Of a stretch of 64,000 nucleotides of DNA, positions 9,377-20,166 are shown piece by piece. Below the pieces are notes generated by a model that was not told the origin of the DNA, did no database searches, and saw nothing but the letters and a program-made list of their open reading frames with translations. The position numbers and the translations under genes are program-made. Source of the stretch: Actinomycetes bacterium (lineage in GTDB: Bacteria > Actinomycetota > Actinomycetes > Propionibacteriales > Propionibacteriaceae). The number at the start of each line of letters is the position of its first letter. Position 1 is the stretch's first letter. Location: the NCBI GenBank assembly GCA_021803025.1, contig JAJZQV010000003.1:20634-84633 (forward strand). Direction: 5' to 3'.

Positions 9377-10884
9377 CCGCCGTGACGCGGGTCGTCCAGG
9401 CAGGCGGCCCCGTGATCGTCGGCGCCGGTCTGGCCGGGCTCACCGTGGCGGTCGAGCTCGCGCCGCTGCCGTGCGTCGTGCTGAGCGCGGGCCCGGTGAG
9501 CACCGGAACCTCGACGGGCTGGGCCCAGGGCGGGGTCGCCGCAGCGCTGGGCCCGGACGACAGCCCCGACCTTCACACCGCCGACACGCTGGCGGCGGGG
9601 GCCGGGCTCTGCGACGCCGACGTCGTCCGGGCCGTCACCGAGGCCGGGCCCGCCGCGATCTCCTGGCTGGCCGGACTCGGTGCGCGCTTCGACCGCGAGC
9701 CCGACGGCACGTACCGGCTCGGGCTCGAAGGCGCGCACACTCGGCGCCGGATCGTCCATGCGCTCGGTGACCGTACGGGTGCCGAGCTGCTGCGGACCGT
9801 CGTGGAGGCCGCACGCACTCGTCCCTCGGTGTCGCTGTGGGAGCACTCGGTCGCGCGGGAGGTCCTCGTCGCGGACGGCCAGGTGCAGGGCGTCCTCGTC
9901 GACACGCCCGAGGGTCCGGTCGAGCTCCGGACCGGCTCGGTCGTTCTCGCGACAGGCGGGATCGGCGGCCTGTTCGACGCCACCACGAACCCGCTGACCT
10001 CCCGAGGACAGGGACTGGCCCTCGGGTTCAGGGCCGGCGCAGCGCTGCGAGACCTGGAGATGGTCCAGTTCCACCCCACGGCCCTCGACGTCGGCCTCGA
10101 CCCGATGCCGCTCGTGAGCGAGGCCGTGCGCGGCGAGGGGGCCGTCCTCGTCACCGAACGTGGAGAGCGCGTGCTCCGGAACCCTCTGGCCGCTCGGGAT
10201 GTGGTGTCCCGCGCGGAGTGGGCCCAGCTCCAGGCGGGGCATCGCGTCTTCCTCGACGCCCGTTCCGCACCTGGCGCGCGGTTCGCCGAGCTCTTCCCCT
10301 CGATCGCCGCGACGGCCCTGGCCGCGGGCATCCACCCGGCGAGCGACCTGCTCCCCGTACGTCCCGCCGCCCACTACCACATGGGCGGGATCCAGGTGGA
10401 CCTCGACGGCCGGACCACGGTCCCGGGGCTCTTCGCAGTCGGCGAGGTGGCCTCGACGGGCCTCCACGGGGCCAACAGGCTGGCCAGCAACTCGCTCCTC
10501 GAAGCAGTCGTCTGTGGACGCCGGCTGGCCCGGCACCTCCGGCGCACGACACCGGGCGCCGCCGGGGGCGTCCCCGCAGCCGCGCCGACGATGCGACCGT
10601 TCACGCCTGCACCGGTCGACCCTGCCGTCCGCCGCGTCCGTGAGATCCTCACGCGCGCCGCCGGGGTCCTGCGCGACGCCGAGGGGCTCGGAACCGCCCT
10701 CGAGCTCCTACGCGAGCACGTGGACACCGACGCCGGGCTGGTCGGCTACCTCGTGGTCCGCTCGGCACTGCAGCGCGAGGAGTCTCGCGGCGGCCACACC
10801 CGTACCGACTTCCCCGCCGCATCAACGGAGGTTCGACACACGATGATGACCGCGACCGACCTTGTGACTGTGGGCGTCCGATGA
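9373..10884 (+). CDS. nadB: L-aspartate oxidase
   Basis: Start ATG 9373 overlaps the nadA stop (ATGA). FAD motif VIVGAGLAGLTVA, HYHMGGI, and a C-terminal ESRGGHTRTDFP motif. Confidence 0.9.
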   Translation: MTAVTRVVQAGGPVIVGAGLAGLTVAVELAPLPCVVLSAGPVSTGTSTGWAQGGVAAALGPDDSPDLHTADTLAAGAGLCDADVVRAVTEAGPAAISWLAGLGARFDREPDGTYRLGLEGAHTRRRIVHALGDRTGAELLRTVVEAARTRPSVSLWEHSVAREVLVADGQVQGVLVDTPEGPVELRTGSVVLATGGIGGLFDATTNPLTSRGQGLALGFRAGAALRDLEMVQFHPTALDVGLDPMPLVSEAVRGEGAVLVTERGERVLRNPLAARDVVSRAEWAQLQAGHRVFLDARSAPGARFAELFPSIAATALAAGIHPASDLLPVRPAAHYHMGGIQVDLDGRTTVPGLFAVGEVASTGLHGANRLASNSLLEAVVCGRRLARHLRRTTPGAAGGVPAAAPTMRPFTPAPVDPAVRRVREILTRAAGVLRDAEGLGTALELLREHVDTDAGLVGYLVVRSALQREESRGGHTRTDFPAASTEVRHTMMTATDLVTVGVR

Positions 10885-11729
10885 GAGCTCTTCCCCAGCT
10901 CGTCATCGAGCCGCTCGTACGGGCGGCCCTCCTCGAGGACCTGGGGCGCGCAGGTGACATCACCTCCGACAGCATCATCCCCGCCGACGCGCACGCGACC
11001 GTACGGCTCGTCGCCCGCGAGGCGGGTGTGGTCGCCGGGAGCGCGTGCGCCGTCCTCGCATGGCAGCTCGTCGAGAGGCGCATCGTTGTCCAGATCGACC
11101 TCCCCGACGGCTCCCGGGTCGAGCCGGGCAGTGTCATCGGCACCGTTGAGGGGCCCGCGCGCGGGGTGCTGACCGCGGAGCGGGTGGCGCTGAACTTCCT
11201 CGGCCACCTGTCGGGAGTCGCCACCGGTACCGCCACGATCGCCGACGCGATCGCTCACACGCGGGCGACGGTGTGCGACACCCGCAAGACGATCCCCGGC
11301 CTACGGGCTCTCCAGAAGCACGCGGTACGGATGGGAGGCGGCGCCAACCATCGCTTCGGTCTGGACGACGCGGTGCTCATCAAGGACAACCACATCGCTG
11401 TCGCCGGCGGGGTGGCGAACGCCGTCCGGGCGGTACGGGCGAACGCCGGCCACATGGTGAAGGTCGAGGTGGAGGTCGACGACCTCACGCAGCTCCGCGA
11501 GCTGCTCGACCTGGGGGTGGACGCCGTGCTGCTCGACAACATGGGGCCGGAACTCCTGCGGGAGGCGGTCGCTCTCGTCGACGGCCGCATGGTCACCGAG
11601 GCCTCGGGGCGGATCACCCCGGAGACGGCGGTACCGATCGCCGAGGCGGGAGTCGACCTCATCTCGGTCGGATGGCTCACCCACAGCGCCCGCGTGCTCG
11701 ACATCGGCCTGGACCACGTCGGAGGCTGA
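10881..11729 (+). CDS. nadC: Nicotinate-nucleotide pyrophosphorylase (carboxylating)
   Basis: 282-aa ORF with ATGA overlap with nadB. Motifs DTRKT.PGLR, KHAVRMGGGANHRFGLDDAVLIKDNH. Confidence 0.9.
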   Translation: MRALPQLVIEPLVRAALLEDLGRAGDITSDSIIPADAHATVRLVAREAGVVAGSACAVLAWQLVERRIVVQIDLPDGSRVEPGSVIGTVEGPARGVLTAERVALNFLGHLSGVATGTATIADAIAHTRATVCDTRKTIPGLRALQKHAVRMGGGANHRFGLDDAVLIKDNHIAVAGGVANAVRAVRANAGHMVKVEVEVDDLTQLRELLDLGVDAVLLDNMGPELLREAVALVDGRMVTEASGRITPETAVPIAEAGVDLISVGWLTHSARVLDIGLDHVGG

Positions 11730-11758
11730 CCGCCGAGCGGGCCGGCCGGCCCCTCGCG

Positions 11759-12646
11759 TCAGCCGTCGAGCCGGGACTTCTCGGCCAACCTCGTCCGCAA
11801 CATCGCCAGCTCGTCGCGCGGGAGCCGGTACGTGTGCTCGACGGCCGGGAACTCGCGCTGCCTGACGGCGTCGGCGTACGCGGTCAGCCCGCGCACGGCC
11901 TCGGACCGGAGGTCGGCGAACCGTCGCACGAACCTCGCGGCGTGACCGTCACTGAGGCCGAGCAGGTCGTGCCAGACCAGCACCTGGCCATCCGTCGCGC
12001 CGCCGGCTCCGATGCCGATCGTCACGCACGTGGTCAGCGGGGCCAGCAGCTCGGTCACCGCGGCCGGCACCGCCTCCAGGACCACCGCGAAGCATCCGGC
12101 CGCCTGCAGGGCGAGTGCGCCGTCGATGACCCTCTCCGCCTGGTCGGCCGTCCGTCCCTGCGCCCGGTAGCCGCCGAGCGACGTCGCCGCCTGCGGCGTG
12201 AGCCCGACATGGCCCATCACCGGGATGCCGGCCTCGACCACGGCTCGGGCCCGGTCGACAGACGTGCCGGCGCGTTCCAGCTTCACCGCGTCGGCGCCGC
12301 CCTCCTTGACGAAGCGCTGGGCGGTTCGCACCGCCTGCTCCTCCGACGCCTCGTACGAGCCGAAGGGGAGGTCTGCGACGAGGAACGGGTGGCGCAGACC
12401 CCGTCGCACGGCCCGTACCAGCACCAGCAGCTCGTCCACGCTGACCGGAACCGTCGACTCGTACCCGAGCACGACGTTCGCCGCGGAGTCGCCCACGAGG
12501 ACGATGTCGACGCCCACCTCGTCGGCGATGCGCGCGCTCGGATGGTCGTACGCGGTCACCATGACGATCGGCTCCCCCGCCGCCTTCTTGGCGGCCAGCG
12601 AGGTGAGCGTGACCCTGGCCGCCGCGTCGCGCCCCCCGGCGGACAC
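11759..12646 (-). CDS. panB: 3-methyl-2-oxobutanoate hydroxymethyltransferase
   Basis: VMVTAYDHPSARIADEVGVDIVLVGDSAANVVLGY and GADAVKLE motifs. GTG start 1 nt after the panD stop. Confidence 0.9.
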   Translation of the reverse strand: MSAGGRDAAARVTLTSLAAKKAAGEPIVMVTAYDHPSARIADEVGVDIVLVGDSAANVVLGYESTVPVSVDELLVLVRAVRRGLRHPFLVADLPFGSYEASEEQAVRTAQRFVKEGGADAVKLERAGTSVDRARAVVEAGIPVMGHVGLTPQAATSLGGYRAQGRTADQAERVIDGALALQAAGCFAVVLEAVPAAVTELLAPLTTCVTIGIGAGGATDGQVLVWHDLLGLSDGHAARFVRRFADLRSEAVRGLTAYADAVRQREFPAVEHTYRLPRDELAMLRTRLAEKSRLDG

Positions 12647-12647
12647 G

Positions 12648-13040
12648 TCAGCCCTCGGCCGTGTCGTTGAGCGAGGCCACGTCCGCGTCGACCGCGACGA
12701 TGCGGTTGCTGCGGTCGACGTGGACCACGCGCGGCTCGTACGCCTCGAGGTCGCCCTGTTCGTACAGGCCGTACGAGATGAGGATCACCGTGTCACCGGT
12801 GTGTACGAGACGTGCCGCGGCACCGTTGACCTTGATCTCGCCCGAGCCCCGCGTACCGGCGAGCGTGTACGTCTCGAAGCGGGCGCCGTTGTCGACGTCG
12901 ACCACGGCGACCTGCTCGTTGACGAGAATGTCCGCCGCGTCGAGCAGGTCGGGGTCGACCGTGATCGACCCCACGTAGTGGAGGTCGGAGTCGGTGATGG
13001 TCGCTCGATGGATCTTGCTCTTCAGCATGGTCCGGATCAT
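12648..13040 (-). CDS. panD: Aspartate 1-decarboxylase
   Basis: [25 protein letters not shown] contains the self-processing G-S site. ATGA overlap with panC. Confidence 0.92.
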   Translation of the reverse strand: MIRTMLKSKIHRATITDSDLHYVGSITVDPDLLDAADILVNEQVAVVDVDNGARFETYTLAGTRGSGEIKVNGAAARLVHTGDTVILISYGLYEQGDLEAYEPRVVHVDRSNRIVAVDADVASLNDTAEG

Positions 13041-13954
13041 GGGGCCACCTCGATGTTGTCGATGAGTCGTGTCGACCCCACCCGCGCGGCGAGGGCGATG
13101 AGCGTCGGGCGGTCGAGCGTCTCCACAGGCAGGAACGAATCGGGGTCCACCACGGCCACGTACTCGGCCTCGATGCCGGCGTCGGCCAGCACGTCCGCGA
13201 CGGCCCGTGCGAGGAGGCCCGGGTCACGTTCCCCAGCCGCGACCGCCGACTGCGCCGCGACGAGTCCCCGGTGCAGCGCCGTGGCTCGCCGCCGCTCGTG
13301 CGGGTCGAGCCGCACGTTGCGGCTGCTCATGGCCAGGCCGTCCTCCTCCCGCACGATGGGGAGGACCTCGATCCGGGTCGGGATGTCCAGGTCGGCCACC
13401 AGCCGCCGGACGACGGCGACCTGCTGGGCGTCCTTGGCTCCGAAGAAGGCGATGTCCGGCCGGACCATGTTGAGCATCTTCGCCACGACGGTCGCGACAC
13501 CGGCGAAGTGGCCCGGCCGCAGGGCGCCCTCGAGTACGTCCGCCACGCCCGACACCGTCACCGTCGTCGCGAAGCCCGGTGGGTACACGGCCTCCACCGC
13601 GGGCGCGAAGAGGATGTCCGCCCCGCACGCCTCGGCCAGCCTCGCGTCCCGGTCCTCGTCCCGAGGGTAGGCGACGAGGTCGGCCGCCTCGTTGAACTGG
13701 GTGGGGTTCACGAACAGCCACACGACCACCAGGTCACAGGAGGCACGTGCTGCCCGGATCAGCGAGAGGTGGCCCTCGTGGAAGGCGCCCATCGTCGGTA
13801 CCAGCCCGACGCGGCCGCTGGAGGCCACAGCGGCACGTACGGCCGCCACGTCACGAACGATCCTCACCGCCGGGTCTCTCCCGCCTCGAGCTGTACCACT
13901 GGAGCAGGTCACGCCGCGATGGCGCCAGACGAGCCTACGCGAGTGCGCGCGCAC
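13037..13954 (-). CDS. panC: Pantoate--beta-alanine ligase
   Basis: [18 protein letters not shown] (HxGH motif) and FGAKDAQQ. The true start is probably an internal GTG near 13870; the N-terminal ~28 aa of the ORF look non-native. Confidence 0.85.
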   Translation of the reverse strand: MRAHSRRLVWRHRGVTCSSGTARGGRDPAVRIVRDVAAVRAAVASSGRVGLVPTMGAFHEGHLSLIRAARASCDLVVVWLFVNPTQFNEAADLVAYPRDEDRDARLAEACGADILFAPAVEAVYPPGFATTVTVSGVADVLEGALRPGHFAGVATVVAKMLNMVRPDIAFFGAKDAQQVAVVRRLVADLDIPTRIEVLPIVREEDGLAMSSRNVRLDPHERRRATALHRGLVAAQSAVAAGERDPGLLARAVADVLADAGIEAEYVAVVDPDSFLPVETLDRPTLIALAARVGSTRLIDNIEVAP

Positions 13955-14012
13955 CTGTCCTGCCTCCCCGTCCTCGTGGGACGCGAGTGGCGGTGGGGAC
14001 GGGAGAAGCGGC

Positions 14013-14097
14013 TGGTACCGGAGAAGGGACTCGAACCCTCACGCCTTGCGGCACAGGAACCTAAATCCTGCGTGTCTGCCAGTTCCACCACTCCGGC
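14013..14097 (-). tRNA. tRNA-Leu (anticodon TAG), type II with long variable arm, CCA encoded
   Basis: Reverse complement GCCGGAGTGGTGGAACTGGCAGACACGCAGGATTTAGGTTCCTGTGCCGCAAGGCGTGAGGGTTCGAGTCCCTTCTCCGGTACCA. Anticodon stem CAGGA/TCCTG, loop TTTAGGT, T arm GAGGG-TTCGAGT-CCCTT. Confidence 0.9.
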
Positions 14098-14169
14098 TGG
14101 CGTCTCGAGTGTACGAGAGCGAGCGGCCCCCGACGTGTCCACGAGAGGTCTCATCGGAGCGGTTGAGCT

Positions 14170-15159
14170 CTACTCCCGGGGCCACCTCTCGGGAGTCGCG
14201 ACCCGGAGACGGTTGAACATCCTGAGCGCCTCGGCCCGGTCCTCCACTCCACCCCCCTCGTGACCGTTGTATGGCCAGACCGTGATCGACTTCGGCCCCC
14301 CGTAGTTGTGAAAAGCTCCGAAGACGGTCGAGGGCGGACACGTGGCATCCATGAGTGCCGCCGAGAACAGGGCGTGAGCCTGTGCGCGCCGAGCCAGGTT
14401 GACGCCGTCGAAGTACGAGAGGGTGTGGAAGACCCGATCAGCATCCGTCCTGTGCACGGCGAGGTAGCGACCCAGCTCCTGGTAAGGCGGGTTGTCTGTC
14501 AGGACGGATGCGCGACGAAGATCGCAGAGAAAGGGCACGTGTGCGGCGATCGCGGTCAGGTCGCGGCGGAGCGCAGCCACCGCGATCGCGATTCCCCCAC
14601 CCTGGCTTCCCCCCGTGGCGAACAGCTGCGACGAGTCGACCCGCGGATGGGCCCGAAGTACATCAACAGCGCGGACCGCATCGACGTAGACCCGGCGATA
14701 GTAGTAGTTGTCCGGGTGGTCGATTCCCCTGGTCAGGTGACCGGGGAACGACGGGCCGCTTCCGACGGGGTCCGGCGTCACCCCGGCGCTGTGCCCCGAG
14801 CCCTGACCGCGCGTGTCCATGACGAGGGTCGCGTAGCCGGCAGTTGGCCAGAGCAGATGATCGAGGGGATTTCCGCGCCCGCCGCCGTACCCGAGGTACT
14901 GCACGACAGCGGGCAACCGTTCCTCGTTGTTCGTCGGCAAGAGGAGCCAGGCCGCGATCACGTGGCCGCCAAAGCCGGCGAATGTGACATCCCACACGTC
15001 GACCGACTCCAGGCCAGCGTCAACGGGTGAGAGCGTCACGTCGAGCGGGTACTCGCCGGACTCTGACAGGGTGCGCAGCCAGAAGGCGTCGAGGTCGTCC
15101 GGCTCCTGGGCCGCGCTGCGGTACTGCCACAGCGCTGCCTCATCAAGGTCCGTGAACAT
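14170..15159 (-). CDS. Carbohydrate esterase family 7 (acetylxylan esterase / cephalosporin-C deacetylase type)
   Basis: 329-aa ORF with an N-terminus typical of the AXE1 family (LWQYRS..PDDLDAFW) and nucleophile elbow GGSQGGG. Last gene of the LacI-ABC operon. Confidence 0.8.
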   Translation of the reverse strand: MFTDLDEAALWQYRSAAQEPDDLDAFWLRTLSESGEYPLDVTLSPVDAGLESVDVWDVTFAGFGGHVIAAWLLLPTNNEERLPAVVQYLGYGGGRGNPLDHLLWPTAGYATLVMDTRGQGSGHSAGVTPDPVGSGPSFPGHLTRGIDHPDNYYYRRVYVDAVRAVDVLRAHPRVDSSQLFATGGSQGGGIAIAVAALRRDLTAIAAHVPFLCDLRRASVLTDNPPYQELGRYLAVHRTDADRVFHTLSYFDGVNLARRAQAHALFSAALMDATCPPSTVFGAFHNYGGPKSITVWPYNGHEGGGVEDRAEALRMFNRLRVATPERWPRE

Positions 15160-15180
15160 CTGCGTGGAGTCTCCTGCCTG

Positions 15181-16818
15181 CTACCGAGCGACGCGAATGC
15201 TGGCGAGATGTCTGTCGCTGGTGCGTATCTCGTCCGGCCAGGCCAGCATGATCCCCAGACGGCCGTTGAGGAGGGCCTGGAAATCTCGAAGCACGCCTTC
15301 CGTGCGGTACACCTGTTCCGGCGAGACGCGTTCTTCAGCGCAGAAGGCCGCGAGCGCGCCCACGGCCTCGCCGATAGACCATTCGACTGGGTGCAATCGG
15401 TAGGCGCCATTGGTGATGTGCGTCGTGCCGATGTTCTTGTTCGCCGCGAGCAGGTTGTCCACGCCCTGCGGCAGCAGCGCACCCAGTGGGATCTGGAACG
15501 GATGACAGTCGATGTCGATGTAGGTTCGGCCCGACGTGCTCGGATGCAGGTCGATTCGGTAGTACCCGACGCCCACGGAATCCGAGAACTGCGCGGCACT
15601 CCGATCGTCCTCGCGCATGTGCCGGCCGATGTGGCCTTCGGTGATCGTGAACAGCGCGCGGATCCGTCGTGACTCGCGTACGTAGACCTCCTTGGCCAGC
15701 CCGTCCCCGGTGCCGGTGACGTCTCCACGGAGGAGCAGCTCCGGATACCCGGTGCCTCCATCGGAGCGTGGAGCCTCCGTCTGCATCCAGTGAATGAACG
15801 AGAGGGTCAGCTCGCGGGCACCGTCCAGGGCTGACTGGCGGGCGGCGTCGCCGACCCCAAGCAGTGGCTTCTCCCAGTAGTCCGCCTGAGGCCAGTTCAT
15901 GAGGGTTACGTCGCCGCTCGGCCACGATGGCCGCATGGTCGCACGCGCAAGAATCCGGCGATAGTGCCACAGGTCGTGGTCGCGGCTCGTCTCGGCATCA
16001 TGCGGACCGCCGGCAAAGATCGGCCGGGTGCGTCGACCCAGAGTGATCGGCTCGACGTCGTCCCACGACAGCTGCGGCCCGGGCCAGAATGGTGCGACCG
16101 ACGTCTTCCAGTGGTCGTACCCGGCAGGACGATCGATCGTATGGTCCTCACCCGCGCGGTACTCCAGCGCGGCGCACCACGTCACCGCCTGCTGGTCGAG
16201 CGGGTCTGCGACCGCGGGGGCGTGCCGCTCCCCCGTCTCGTCCGCTGACTCGGCGCCCATGACGAACGGGACGTCCGCGAGAGGCAGCAGGTCGCCCAGC
16301 TCCGTGGCATCGGCCACGAAGCGGCCCTCCAGCCGAGTCTCGCGACCATCGCGTGAGTCGCGCACCAGCACGGCCACAAGCCGCGATCCCTCACGCTCGA
16401 CCGCCAGCGGCTCCACATGGGTGAGGACTTTGAGCAGTCCGGAGGCAATCAGCGGGGAGACCATCTCCAGTATCGCGAGCGCGCCGACCCTCGGCTCGTG
16501 ACAGAGGCCGGAGACGAATCCCTCACCGGGGTTGAGGTTGATGGTGTTCTTCGCGGCGTCGGTCAATGGATAGTTACGGCGGTAGTGGTCGCGAATACGA
16601 TTCCGCAGTTCCGAGTAGCTCGGCGAGATCTGGTGCGTCTCGATCCACTTGTGCTCGTCCGGTGGGACCGCTTGGGTCGTGAGCTGCCCGCCGAGCCAGT
16701 CACCGCGCTCAGCGAGGACCACCGTGCTGCCGAGCCGAGCGGCAGTCAACGCCGCAGCGACCCCGCCGAGTCCTCCGCCGATCACCACGAGATTGGCGGC
16801 GTAATGCCTTTCGGGCAT
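15181..16818 (-). CDS. FAD-dependent oxidoreductase (FAD_oxidored/PF12831-like), function unknown
   Basis: Start MPERHYAANLVVIGGGLGGVAAALTAARLG gives a Rossmann GxGxxG motif. 545 aa. The ORF-track start 17145 overlaps the upstream permease and was rejected. Confidence 0.8.
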   Translation of the reverse strand: MPERHYAANLVVIGGGLGGVAAALTAARLGSTVVLAERGDWLGGQLTTQAVPPDEHKWIETHQISPSYSELRNRIRDHYRRNYPLTDAAKNTINLNPGEGFVSGLCHEPRVGALAILEMVSPLIASGLLKVLTHVEPLAVEREGSRLVAVLVRDSRDGRETRLEGRFVADATELGDLLPLADVPFVMGAESADETGERHAPAVADPLDQQAVTWCAALEYRAGEDHTIDRPAGYDHWKTSVAPFWPGPQLSWDDVEPITLGRRTRPIFAGGPHDAETSRDHDLWHYRRILARATMRPSWPSGDVTLMNWPQADYWEKPLLGVGDAARQSALDGARELTLSFIHWMQTEAPRSDGGTGYPELLLRGDVTGTGDGLAKEVYVRESRRIRALFTITEGHIGRHMREDDRSAAQFSDSVGVGYYRIDLHPSTSGRTYIDIDCHPFQIPLGALLPQGVDNLLAANKNIGTTHITNGAYRLHPVEWSIGEAVGALAAFCAEERVSPEQVYRTEGVLRDFQALLNGRLGIMLAWPDEIRTSDRHLASIRVAR

Positions 16819-16850
16819 GGTTTGAATACCTTTCTTCGTCCACGTGGGCA

Positions 16851-17765
16851 TCAGCCCTTGAGGCTGCCTTCTGACAGTCCAGAAATGAAACTGCGTTGAT
16901 TGAACAGGAAAATGACAAGAACAGGCAAGGTGACCAACACCGCACCTGCCATCAGCGGCCCGTATTGAACGTTCCCCGCCGACAGGAAACGGGCAAGCGC
17001 CAGCTGAACCGTCTGCATCCGAGCCGACGAGGTGACGACTAATGGCCACAGGAAGTCGGACCACACCGCCGTGAACGAGAAGATCGCAACTACCGCGACC
17101 AGGGGCCTGGCCAGTGGAAGGTAGATTCGCGAGAAGATGCGCCACTCCCCAGCCCCATCGATCCTTGCGGCTTCGGAGAGCTCGATGGGGGCAGTGCTGA
17201 AGAACTGTCTGGCCAGAAAGATGTTCATGGGCATCACCAGATACGGCAGAACGACACCCGCTAGCGTGTCCAACAATCCACTCCCCCCCTGGCCGACAAT
17301 GTCGTTGCCACCGACGAGAGGGATACCCCTGGCAATCAGGAAGAGCGGGATCAAGGTGACCGAACCGGGGATGGCAGTTGTCGAGACCAGAAGGTAGAAA
17401 AGGGGGGTTCTACCCGGGAACGGGAGCATCACAAACGCATAACCGGCCATCACGGCGATGAGACAGTTGGCTGAAACTGCTACGACTGCGACAATTGCCG
17501 AATTCAGCAGCGCGCGAATGAGGTTGGCATTGACCAGGGCGGTTGTGAAGTTTCCTAGCGTCGGATGCGACGGGATGAGACTGATCGACCCGAATGCCTC
17601 CTTCTCGGGAGTGAAGGCGATGCTGATCATCCAAAGGAAGGGAACCAGGACGATCACCGTGGTCAGCCCCAGAATGAGGCCTGCACCCCAGCGGTTTCGC
17701 CTCATCTCCTTATGGCTCACGCTGCGCACGCTGCTGGTTCGGCGAGTCGCCCTTGAAGCTCTCAT
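16851..17765 (-). CDS. Carbohydrate ABC transporter permease
   Basis: Start ATG 17765 overlaps the stop of the upstream permease (ATGA). EAA loop LSEAARIDGAGEWRIFSRIYLPLARP. Confidence 0.88.
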   Translation of the reverse strand: MRASRATRRTSSVRSVSHKEMRRNRWGAGLILGLTTVIVLVPFLWMISIAFTPEKEAFGSISLIPSHPTLGNFTTALVNANLIRALLNSAIVAVVAVSANCLIAVMAGYAFVMLPFPGRTPLFYLLVSTTAIPGSVTLIPLFLIARGIPLVGGNDIVGQGGSGLLDTLAGVVLPYLVMPMNIFLARQFFSTAPIELSEAARIDGAGEWRIFSRIYLPLARPLVAVVAIFSFTAVWSDFLWPLVVTSSARMQTVQLALARFLSAGNVQYGPLMAGAVLVTLPVLVIFLFNQRSFISGLSEGSLKG

Positions 17766-18742
17766 TTTTGTCTCCCCATCAGTCCGCGAATCGATAGCAA
17801 GGAGAAACCAGCAATGAAGGCGAAGAGCACGAAGGCCATGGCCGATGCGTATCCGAGCTGGTTGTACTGAAATGCCTGAGTATAGATGAGGTAGTTGACC
17901 GTGGTCGTGCTGCCAAGTGGCCCTCCCTGGGTCAGCACATAGATCTCGGCAAAGCCTTGAGCGAGGAAGATGATGTCCATGGCAACCACATAGACAAGCA
18001 TCGGGCGAAGGCCGGGCAGCGTCACATAGCGGAACAGTCCCCACGCGCCTGCGCCATCGACTCGGCCCGCCTCGTACAGCTCCTTTGGAATGGACTGGAG
18101 GCCGGCCAGCAGCAGCACCATGTTGCTGCCGAGGGCCATCCATATGCGCATCACGGATGCCGCGTTCAGCGCGGTGTCCTGATCGAGCAGCCATGACTGA
18201 CGGGGCAGGCCGAGAATCCCGAGGATCTCGTTGATCAGGCCGTTCTGCGAATAGATCCACAGCCAGACCATGCTCACGGCGGTGAGTGAGACAATGTGTG
18301 GGACGTAGAGGGCCGAGCGAAAGAACCCCACACCGCGAAATGGCCGGTTGACCAGCAGCGCCAAGCCAAGTGCTGCAGCGACAGTGATCGGCAGGACCTG
18401 CGCCACGTACCGTCCCGTGACCAGAAGCGAGTTTCCGAAGTCGGCGTCCGTCAGGAGCCTGGCATAGTTCTCAACGCCAATAGGCGTGGGGCCCGACCGA
18501 CTGAGCGGGCTGTACTTTGTGAAACTGAGGATCAGGCCGTACAGCACCGGGGCGAGTTGGAAGACCAGCACGTAGAGCGCCGCAGGCAGCACGAAGAGAA
18601 GCCCGGACCGGCTCGCGTTCGTCCAGCGACGTCTTGGGTTCGATATCCGCCTTGGGGGCGCCCCCCCGACGGACGCAGGTCCCCGAGCGCCCTTCGGAGA
18701 GGGCCGCACCACTACGCTCATGTGATTCTCCAACTCGCCCAC
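17762..18742 (-). CDS. Carbohydrate ABC transporter permease
   Basis: 326-aa polytopic ORF with LYEAGRVDGAGAWGLFRYVTLPGLRP. Start may be the internal ATG at 18721. Confidence 0.88.
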   Translation of the reverse strand: MGELENHMSVVVRPSPKGARGPASVGGAPPRRISNPRRRWTNASRSGLLFVLPAALYVLVFQLAPVLYGLILSFTKYSPLSRSGPTPIGVENYARLLTDADFGNSLLVTGRYVAQVLPITVAAALGLALLVNRPFRGVGFFRSALYVPHIVSLTAVSMVWLWIYSQNGLINEILGILGLPRQSWLLDQDTALNAASVMRIWMALGSNMVLLLAGLQSIPKELYEAGRVDGAGAWGLFRYVTLPGLRPMLVYVVAMDIIFLAQGFAEIYVLTQGGPLGSTTTVNYLIYTQAFQYNQLGYASAMAFVLFAFIAGFSLLSIRGLMGRQK

Positions 18743-18749
18743 GCGCCAA

Positions 18750-20093
18750 CTAGCCGTTCGCCTTCAGGATCTTGTCCACCGCCGCGGCTGCCTGGGTCAA
18801 CGCATCCTTCGATGACATCTTCTTGTTCAGCGCCTGCTCCAGAAACTTGTCCATGGTGTCGCGGATCTGGACCCAGCCTGGGACATTCGGATTCGGCACG
18901 AACTGCGGGGCCGCCTTGACGAACGCCTTGAGAATGGGGCTGTTCTTGACGTAGGACGTCTCAGCGGCAGAGGAGCGCGGCGGGACTGCACCGATGCCCT
19001 GCGTGTACTCCACGCTGGTGTCGGGCGCAATCATGTACTGGATGAACTTCCAAGCCAGTGCCTTGTGCTTGCTGTCGGCGTTGATCATCAAGCCTGGGCC
19101 CGCTCCACCCATGGCATAACCCTTGTCAGCGCCTTCGAACTTAGGCGGCATCATGACACGCAAGTCCATTTTGGGGTTGGCTGCGACGATCTGCTGCATG
19201 CCGTTGGGGGTCTGGAATTCCATTGAGGCAGTGCCGAGCACGATCGGCTGCTGGGCGGTCGGCGTGTTGATGTAGTTGGCGCCAAGTCCCGCGGACACTG
19301 CGTCGGGGCCGTTGAAGAGGCTGGTGAAGTAGTCGAGGGCGGCCACACCCTGCTGCGAGTCGAAGGCCGCGGCTGTCTGCTCCTTGTTCAGCTGCGTCCC
19401 CCCGTTGGAGAGGAGGAGCGCCGCGAAGGTCTGCTGTCGACCGATGGGCTGGCTGGGCAACAACAGGCCGGAGCGGGTAATGGCGCCGGACGCATCTCGC
19501 TTTGTCAGCTGCTTGGCGGCAGCGCGCACGCCCTCCCACGTTGTCGGCGGCTTGTTGGGATCGAGTCCTGCCGCCGTGAAGTCGGCGGCGTTGTACATGA
19601 TCAAGCTGCCCTGCATCGACAGGGGAACCAGATACTGCACTCCGTTCACCTGGCCGCCCTGCAAGGCGGAGGACATGTCGCTTCGATCCTTCTCGCTGAG
19701 CTGTTGGATGTAGTTGGTCAGCGGCTCGACGCGCTTGTTGGTGACGAAGTCGGCGACCGCCGCGGGACCATGCCCGAAGACATCTGGGGCCGTCCCCGCC
19801 GCGAACGCAGCGTTCAGCTTGGTGGAGATATTGCTCCAGTCCACGTAGGTAACGCTGACCTGAGCGCCCGTCGCCTTCTCGAAGTTCGGGACAATCTTCT
19901 TCGTGACGAGGGCAATCTCGGTCGGGTCCGTGCCGGGAAACCAGACGCTGATCTTTCCGCCCTCCGTCGGCACTGCCCCTGGGCTGGTCCCGGACCCGGC
20001 TGTCGGCCCTGCGCAGCCAGCCAGGACAAAGGCACTGACTGCAGCGATGGTCACCGTCCCTGTGAACAATCGATGGCGTTTCATAGCCTGCAT
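18750..20093 (-). CDS. Sugar ABC transporter substrate-binding lipoprotein
   Basis: 447-aa ORF with signal plus lipobox (VSAFVLAGCAG) and family-1 SBP composition. Confidence 0.9.
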   Translation of the reverse strand: MQAMKRHRLFTGTVTIAAVSAFVLAGCAGPTAGSGTSPGAVPTEGGKISVWFPGTDPTEIALVTKKIVPNFEKATGAQVSVTYVDWSNISTKLNAAFAAGTAPDVFGHGPAAVADFVTNKRVEPLTNYIQQLSEKDRSDMSSALQGGQVNGVQYLVPLSMQGSLIMYNAADFTAAGLDPNKPPTTWEGVRAAAKQLTKRDASGAITRSGLLLPSQPIGRQQTFAALLLSNGGTQLNKEQTAAAFDSQQGVAALDYFTSLFNGPDAVSAGLGANYINTPTAQQPIVLGTASMEFQTPNGMQQIVAANPKMDLRVMMPPKFEGADKGYAMGGAGPGLMINADSKHKALAWKFIQYMIAPDTSVEYTQGIGAVPPRSSAAETSYVKNSPILKAFVKAAPQFVPNPNVPGWVQIRDTMDKFLEQALNKKMSSKDALTQAAAAVDKILKANG

Positions 20094-20166
20094 GACGACT
20101 CCTCATTCCTTTTCGTGTACGGCGGGGGACGATCCCCCTCCTGGTTCGTGAACGTGCTCAGGCTGC

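Noticed and set aside
11730-11758. GGGCCGGCCGGCCC palindrome between nadC and panB as a special site
   Set aside because: It is a short GC-only palindrome in a 29-nt convergent gap. It is most simply a small bidirectional terminator stem or a chance occurrence in GC-rich DNA.
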